The position numbers and the translations under genes were made by a program. The notes under the pieces were generated by a model. That model saw only the letters and a list, made by a program, of their open reading frames with translations. It made no database searches and was not told the origin of the DNA. DNA of 64,000 bases from the NCBI GenBank assembly GCA_963555815.3, contig CAUVWX020000001.1, forward strand, positions 1,152,001-1,216,000, written 5' to 3'. Origin of the DNA: a bacterium. GTDB lineage: Bacteria; UBA8248; JACPRG01; G963555815. Numbering within the stretch: the stretch's first letter is position 1; the number at the start of each line of letters is the position of its first letter. Shown here in pieces: positions 59,203 to 64,000 of the stretch.

Positions 59203-60957
59203 ATGATGCCCTTTGGATTAAACTTCTCGCGAATATCCTCCCTCAGGTTTTCCTCCCTCCTTTTGCCCCTCCTTTTTCTGGGTGCTTGTGGGGGCAGCTA
59301 TATCTTCCAGGAGGACTTGAGGGCAAGGCTTCTGAAGAGCAGCGCCCCTGTTCCTGAGGCCAGGGAGTCTATCGAGCCCCCTTCCCTTGAAGGGGGTCAA
59401 GAGCCCGCTCCCTCGGAACAGGAAAAGGCGGCATCTCTCGTCCCCAAACAAGAGTCTGTCGATTCTCCGGGGTTGGAAGCTGAGGACATCGGGCCGTCTC
59501 CTTCCGAGGGAGGCCCCGTGAGCCGTCTTTCTGTGCCTGCCCCCAAGGATATTACTGAGGAATCCTTCGTTCTTGAGGGGGCGATACCTTCGCCAGAAGG
59601 CGATGGGGAGGGGCTGGACTACCTTCAGGTCCCCATCGTGATGAATGCCCACGTCCAGCGGCACCTGGACTACTTTCAGGCGCAGAATCGGAAGAACTTT
59701 AGGAGGTGGCTCGAAAATTCAGGGCGTTATATGCCCATGATTAAGCAAATCCTTCGGGAGGAAAACCTCCCGGAGGATCTTGCCCATCTGGCCCTCATCG
59801 AGAGCGGCTTTAATCCCAAGGCTTATTCTCGAGCTGGGGCGAGCGGGCTTTGGCAATTCATGAGCAAGACAGGGAGGAAATATGGGCTGGTCGTCAACTG
59901 GTGGATCGACGAGCGTCGAGACCCCGTCAAGTCCACCCGGGCTGCTGCCCACTACCTGAAGGACCTGTATGGCCTGTTTCGTTCCTGGGATCTGGCCCAG
60001 GCCGGCTATAACGCAGGTGAAGGCAGGATCATGAGAGGCCTCAAACGAATCCCGGGAAAAACTTTTTGGAGCCTCGCTCGAACCCGCCACATCTCTTCCG
60101 AGACCAGGAATTTCGTCCCAAAATTCCTCGCCGCCATGATCATTTCCAAAGACCCGGCGGCCTATGGTTTCGTCGACCTGAATATTCGTGAGCCGATAGA
60201 GTACGATGAGGTTCCCGTCCTCAGGCCAACGGCCCTTCGCGCCATCGCGGAAGCCTCCGGCGTTTCTCTCGCAGAGATCCAGCAGCTCAATCTGGACCTG
60301 AGAAGGGGAGTGACACCTCCGAATTATCCTGACTATCACCTAAAGATCCCAAAGGGAACGGTGGAAAGGATCGCGACGGCCCTAAAGGACCTCAAGGACG
60401 CCCCAGCCAGGGCCGATCGCTACCTTGTCCAGCCGGGGGATACGCTGGGGGCCATCGCCTCGGCCTTTGGCACGACGGTCGAGGACCTGGCGAGCCTCAA
60501 TGCCGTCTCGAACCCAGCCTTGATCCGGGCTGGCCGTGAGCTCCTCATCCCATCGAGTTCCCCTCAGCCTGATGGGAACCAAGCGGGGCACGACGGAGAA
60601 ACTTACGTTGTCCGGCGGGGGGATACCCTCTCGGAGATCGCCCAAAGGCATCAGGCCCTGCTGTCGCATCTCATTCGCGTGAACGGCCTAGACCCCAAGA
60701 AGCCCATCCAGCCCGGAGACAAGATCCTCCTTCGGGCTTCCGGCCCAGTGACCCTCCCCCCCGTGACCTCCCCTCGCACTGAGGAGATCCAGGAGAAGCC
60801 CGCCAGAGGAGTGCATGTGGTCCAGAAGGGGGACAGCCTCTGGAAGATTGCCAAAAAGTATGGGGTTTCGCTGGCACATCTCCTGAACCTGAACGGCCTA
60901 GACCCAAAGGAGCCCATCCAGCCCGGAGACAGAATCCTCCTTCGAGCCTCCAGCTAA
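59203..60957 (+). CDS. mltD: MltD-like lytic transglycosylase lipoprotein with C-terminal LysM repeats
   Basis: Lipobox LGAC, IESGF, GLWQFM, DERRD, YNAGEG, ETRNFVP, three clear LysM domains. Confidence 0.88.
   Translation: MMPFGLNFSRISSLRFSSLLLPLLFLGACGGSYIFQEDLRARLLKSSAPVPEARESIEPPSLEGGQEPAPSEQEKAASLVPKQESVDSPGLEAEDIGPSPSEGGPVSRLSVPAPKDITEESFVLEGAIPSPEGDGEGLDYLQVPIVMNAHVQRHLDYFQAQNRKNFRRWLENSGRYMPMIKQILREENLPEDLAHLALIESGFNPKAYSRAGASGLWQFMSKTGRKYGLVVNWWIDERRDPVKSTRAAAHYLKDLYGLFRSWDLAQAGYNAGEGRIMRGLKRIPGKTFWSLARTRHISSETRNFVPKFLAAMIISKDPAAYGFVDLNIREPIEYDEVPVLRPTALRAIAEASGVSLAEIQQLNLDLRRGVTPPNYPDYHLKIPKGTVERIATALKDLKDAPARADRYLVQPGDTLGAIASAFGTTVEDLASLNAVSNPALIRAGRELLIPSSSPQPDGNQAGHDGETYVVRRGDTLSEIAQRHQALLSHLIRVNGLDPKKPIQPGDKILLRASGPVTLPPVTSPRTEEIQEKPARGVHVVQKGDSLWKIAKKYGVSLAHLLNLNGLDPKEPIQPGDRILLRASS
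60681..60954 (+). repeat. intragenic ~64-bp direct repeat (LysM duplication)
   Basis: 60681-60744 and 60891-60954 both read GAACGGCCTAGACCC..A..AGCCCATCCAGCCCGGAGACA..ATCCTCCTTCG.GC.TCC.GC. Confidence 0.85.
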
Positions 60958-61228
60958 CCGGTCCTCACGGTCTTCCTCTAATTCCCAAAAAGTCATGTGG
61001 GCGGTGGTCGCCCAATGGCGCTAAATCTCATATCTGCCCCCATTCGGGATATCTCCGGCCACAGGCGATGCATCGATATCGGTCAAAGAAGGGGGACGGA
61101 CCAGGATTTCCCTGGGAAGACCTGAAATGGGGTTTTGGCGCGGGAGATAGAGGGCGGCTAGGGGCGAGATTGCCACCGCAGACAATAGCCGAAGCGGCGT
61201 CGGATATCCCGCAAGCCCACGTGGTTGG

Positions 61229-61591
61229 CTAGATGGACTTCTCCTTCTCGGCCTCGTTCTGGCAGGTCACGCACAGGCGGGCGTAAGGCACCACCTTGAG
61301 TCGTTTGGCGGGAATGGAGCTCTGACATTCCTCGCAGACCCCGTAATCCCCGTTGGTGATCTTCTGGAGAGCGATATCCACCAGCTTGAGCTGCTCGCGC
61401 TCCTTTTCCCCCAGGTCCATCATGAGCTGGCGGGAGTAGATGTCGGCCGCCAAATCGCCGATGTCCTGTGTCCCGTCGTCTCCGGGTTCTTGACTGTCAC
61501 GCTTTTTGGCCCCCACATCCCCGATTAGGTCTCGGCGAATTTGCGTCAAACGGGTTTTGTATTGATCGAGATCTTTTTTCTTCACGTTCAT
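61229..61591 (-). CDS. DksA/TraR-family C4 zinc-finger protein
   Basis: D..D.A coiled-coil tip, YGVCEEC...I...RL..VP.ARLCVTC. Confidence 0.9.
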   Translation of the reverse strand: MNVKKKDLDQYKTRLTQIRRDLIGDVGAKKRDSQEPGDDGTQDIGDLAADIYSRQLMMDLGEKEREQLKLVDIALQKITNGDYGVCEECQSSIPAKRLKVVPYARLCVTCQNEAEKEKSI

Positions 61592-62004
61592 CCCTCCGCG
61601 CCGGCGCGCCGTTTAGCAGGCTCTGGGGTCTCCCCATCTTGGGGGATTGGCTTCCCGTCCAGGGAGGGAAGCCGAGGGGCGCGCGCCCACAAGTGTTCCA
61701 GGTCGTAAAACCTCCGTGTCTCCTCGGTGAAGATATGAACAATCAGGTCGTCATAGTCGATCAGGATCCACCTGCCCTCTGGATGCCCCTCGCTGGAGAG
61801 GGGGGAAACCCCATTCGCCAGGAGGGTCTCTTCGATGGCCTCAGCGATGGCGCGAGTCTGCCGGGTGCTTCGACCGGTGCACAGGAGGAAAAAGTCCGTG
61901 ATCCCGGACAGCTCACGTAGATCCAGCAACACCAGGTCGGCCGCCTTCTTGCCGACTGCTGCGCGGCAGGTGATCAGGCTCTTCTCCGCCAGGCTGATGC
62001 TCAT
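61588..62004 (-). CDS. rsfS: ribosome silencing factor
   Basis: KKA.D...LD......TDFF..CTG.S..Q, WILIDY.D..VHIF....R.FYDLE.LW. Confidence 0.94.
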   Translation of the reverse strand: MSISLAEKSLITCRAAVGKKAADLVLLDLRELSGITDFFLLCTGRSTRQTRAIAEAIEETLLANGVSPLSSEGHPEGRWILIDYDDLIVHIFTEETRRFYDLEHLWARAPRLPSLDGKPIPQDGETPEPAKRRAGAEG

Positions 62005-62711
62005 TCCGTCAAGACCGACGGTGCCCCCGCCGCCTTCGCGTAAAGACGGTGTTCTGCAATATAGGCGGCGACCCCCGCAGGCACAAGGTATCGGATGCTC
62101 TGTCCCGTGGCCACCCGACGCCGGATGGCCGTCGAAGACACGTCAAAGTAGGTGATGGTCTTCAACCACACCATCTTTTCAGAGGGTTCGGTGCGAAGAC
62201 CCTCGGCTCGGAATCGCGGGTCAACACCGACCGGGTGGAAGCGGATCTCCCCGAACTTCGCCGTGACCGTCTTGTCAAGATGCACCCTCAGCTCCTTGGG
62301 TCTCAATTCGGGTCGCTGGACCACCACAAAGTGGGTGGAGCGGAAAAGGCCCGGGACGTCGCGCCAGGTGGCGATATCTTTGAAGATGTCCTGCCCCACA
62401 ATGAAGTAGAACTCCGTCCCCGCTGGACAGCTCTGGGAAAGACCCCCCAAGGTCTCGATGGTGTAGGAGACCCCGCCCCGCTCGATCTCCAGCGCCAAGA
62501 CCTCCAAGCGGGGGTTAGAGGCCGCTGCAAATTGGACCATCCGCAGGCGGTGAAAGGGCGCGATGACCTCCTCGTGCTGCTTGTGGGGGGGGAGGTTTTC
62601 CGGGATGAGGAACACCCGCTCCAGACCAAAATCCTCGCCCACCTCCTCGGCCGCCACCAGGTGTCCCAGGTGGATGGGATTGAAAGTGCCTCCCAGGATG
62701 CCGATCCGCAT
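62001..62711 (-). CDS. nadD: nicotinate-nucleotide adenylyltransferase
   Basis: GGTFNPIHLGH, PPHK, SYTIET, G.D......W, VSSTAIR. Confidence 0.95.
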   Translation of the reverse strand: MRIGILGGTFNPIHLGHLVAAEEVGEDFGLERVFLIPENLPPHKQHEEVIAPFHRLRMVQFAAASNPRLEVLALEIERGGVSYTIETLGGLSQSCPAGTEFYFIVGQDIFKDIATWRDVPGLFRSTHFVVVQRPELRPKELRVHLDKTVTAKFGEIRFHPVGVDPRFRAEGLRTEPSEKMVWLKTITYFDVSSTAIRRRVATGQSIRYLVPAGVAAYIAEHRLYAKAAGAPSVLTE

Positions 62712-62766
62712 TGAATCTCCCTGCCGTCAGACTCCGATGGAGGTCTGACCGAAAGGGCTCCTCCCT

Positions 62767-64000
62767 TCAGGTCCGAACCTGACCATCACCGTGAATGATG
62801 TATTTGTAGGAGGTGAGCTCCTCAAGCCCCATCGGCCCACGGGCGTGGAGCTTTTGGGTGCTGATCCCCAGCTCCGCCCCGAAGCCAAACTGATTGCCGT
62901 CGGTGAACCGGGTGGAGGCATTCACGTAGACCGCCGCGGCGTCCACTCGCTCTAGGAACTCCTGGCCCCTGGCATCGTCCCGCGTCACGATGGCCTCGGA
63001 GAGCCCTGAGCCGTAACGCTCGATATGGGAAACAGCCGCGTCCAGGTCAGGGACCACCCGGATGGACAAGACAAGGGCGAGATATTCCGTCTCCCAATCG
63101 GCCTCTGTGGCCGCTAAAGCCTCGGGGAGTATCTTTTGTGTCTCAGGGCATCCGCGAAGCTCCACCCCCGCTTGGCGCAAGAGGGGGCTGGCGTGCCTCA
63201 GAAACTTTTCGGCCACATCCCGATGGACCAGCAAGGTTTCCATCGCGTTACACACCCCGGGCCGCTGCGCCTTGGCGTTTAGCACGATGCGGGTCGCCAT
63301 CTCCAGGTCGGCCTCTGCATCCACGTAAACGTGACAGAGGCCCTTCTCGTGATAGACCACCGGGATCCGGGAGTGCTCTCGGACCATCTGCACCAGAGAC
63401 TCCCCGCCTCGAGGGACGATGAGGTCGATCTCTTGGTGGCGCGAGAGGACTTCACGGACCGCCGCACGGTCTGTCGTCGGGACTATCTGAAGCCACTGTA
63501 GGGGAAGCCCCGCCCCCCGCCCGGCCTCCTCCAGGAAACGGGCTAGGGCCTCATTGGTGTGAAAGGCCTCTGACCCTCCCCGCAGGATGACCGCATTTCC
63601 CGCCTTCAGGCAGAGCCCTGCCGCGTCGGCCGTGACATTGGGCCTCGACTCGTAGATGATGCCGATGACGCCCAGGGGGACGCGCTGGCGTTCGATGAGA
63701 AGCCCATTTGGCCGCCGCCACGTGGACGTCACCTCACCGACCGGGTCCGGTAGGGCCGCCACCTCCCGAAGTCCCTGTGCCATCTGTCCAATCCGCCCTT
63801 CGTCCAGTTTTAGCCGGTCGATAAAAGCCTCACTGGTGGTGGCGGGATCGAGGGCCTCCAGGTCACGGCGGTTGGCCGTGAGGATTTCTTCCCGCCTCGC
63901 CTCCAGCGCAGCGGCCATGGCCTCTAGGGCCTGGTCCTTGACGGCCGAGGAGAGAATTCTCAGCGTCTGGGCCGCCGCCTTCGCCGCGCGGGCTAGATCG
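62767..64000 (-). CDS. proA: gamma-glutamyl phosphate reductase (5' end outside window)
   Basis: PLGVIGIIYESRPNVT, RGGSEA, CNAMET, NASTRFTDG, GISTQKLHARGP. Confidence 0.96.
   Translation of the reverse strand, partial: DLARAAKAAAQTLRILSSAVKDQALEAMAAALEARREEILTANRRDLEALDPATTSEAFIDRLKLDEGRIGQMAQGLREVAALPDPVGEVTSTWRRPNGLLIERQRVPLGVIGIIYESRPNVTADAAGLCLKAGNAVILRGGSEAFHTNEALARFLEEAGRGAGLPLQWLQIVPTTDRAAVREVLSRHQEIDLIVPRGGESLVQMVREHSRIPVVYHEKGLCHVYVDAEADLEMATRIVLNAKAQRPGVCNAMETLLVHRDVAEKFLRHASPLLRQAGVELRGCPETQKILPEALAATEADWETEYLALVLSIRVVPDLDAAVSHIERYGSGLSEAIVTRDDARGQEFLERVDAAAVYVNASTRFTDGNQFGFGAELGISTQKLHARGPMGLEELTSYKYIIHGDGQVRT

Overview
GC-rich bacterial chromosomal window, probably from a diderm organism (lipoprotein and Sec signals, periplasmic proteases, MltD). 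Several indels and one in-frame stop suggest an imperfectly polished assembly or MAG. Most of it is housekeeping: apt, ilvD, tldD/tldE, degP, pgi/pmi, lepA-lepB, rsmA-pdxA, a TCA block (gltA-icd-mdh-[TPS/TPP fusion-mscS]-frdABCD-sucCD), DapL-route lysine synthesis (lysA-dapF-dapA-[ctpA]-dapB, dapL), folK-dNK-panC, pcrA, trkAH, split metE, mltD and proA-nadD-rsfS-dksA. The unexplained region is about 6.8-15.3 kb. It holds two paralogous secreted FG-GAP/ASPIC-UnbV (CRTAC1-like) beta-propeller genes that appear duplicated as whole transcription units, with matching promoters, apparently structured leaders and homologous terminators. They are followed by a 7Fe ferredoxin coupled to a signal-less Ig/PEGA-like protein, which converges on an atypical QueG/reductive-dehalogenase-superfamily Fe-S protein and its small HTH-like partner. 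Other points of interest are a dif-like site in an AT-rich gap, a sensor-less sigma54 activator paired with a stand-alone GAF protein, an apparently exported SlyD-type PPIase and an orphan DUF5989-like peptide. No rRNA, tRNA, CRISPR array, transposase or integrase was seen. All calls come from motif recognition by eye; no database searches were run.
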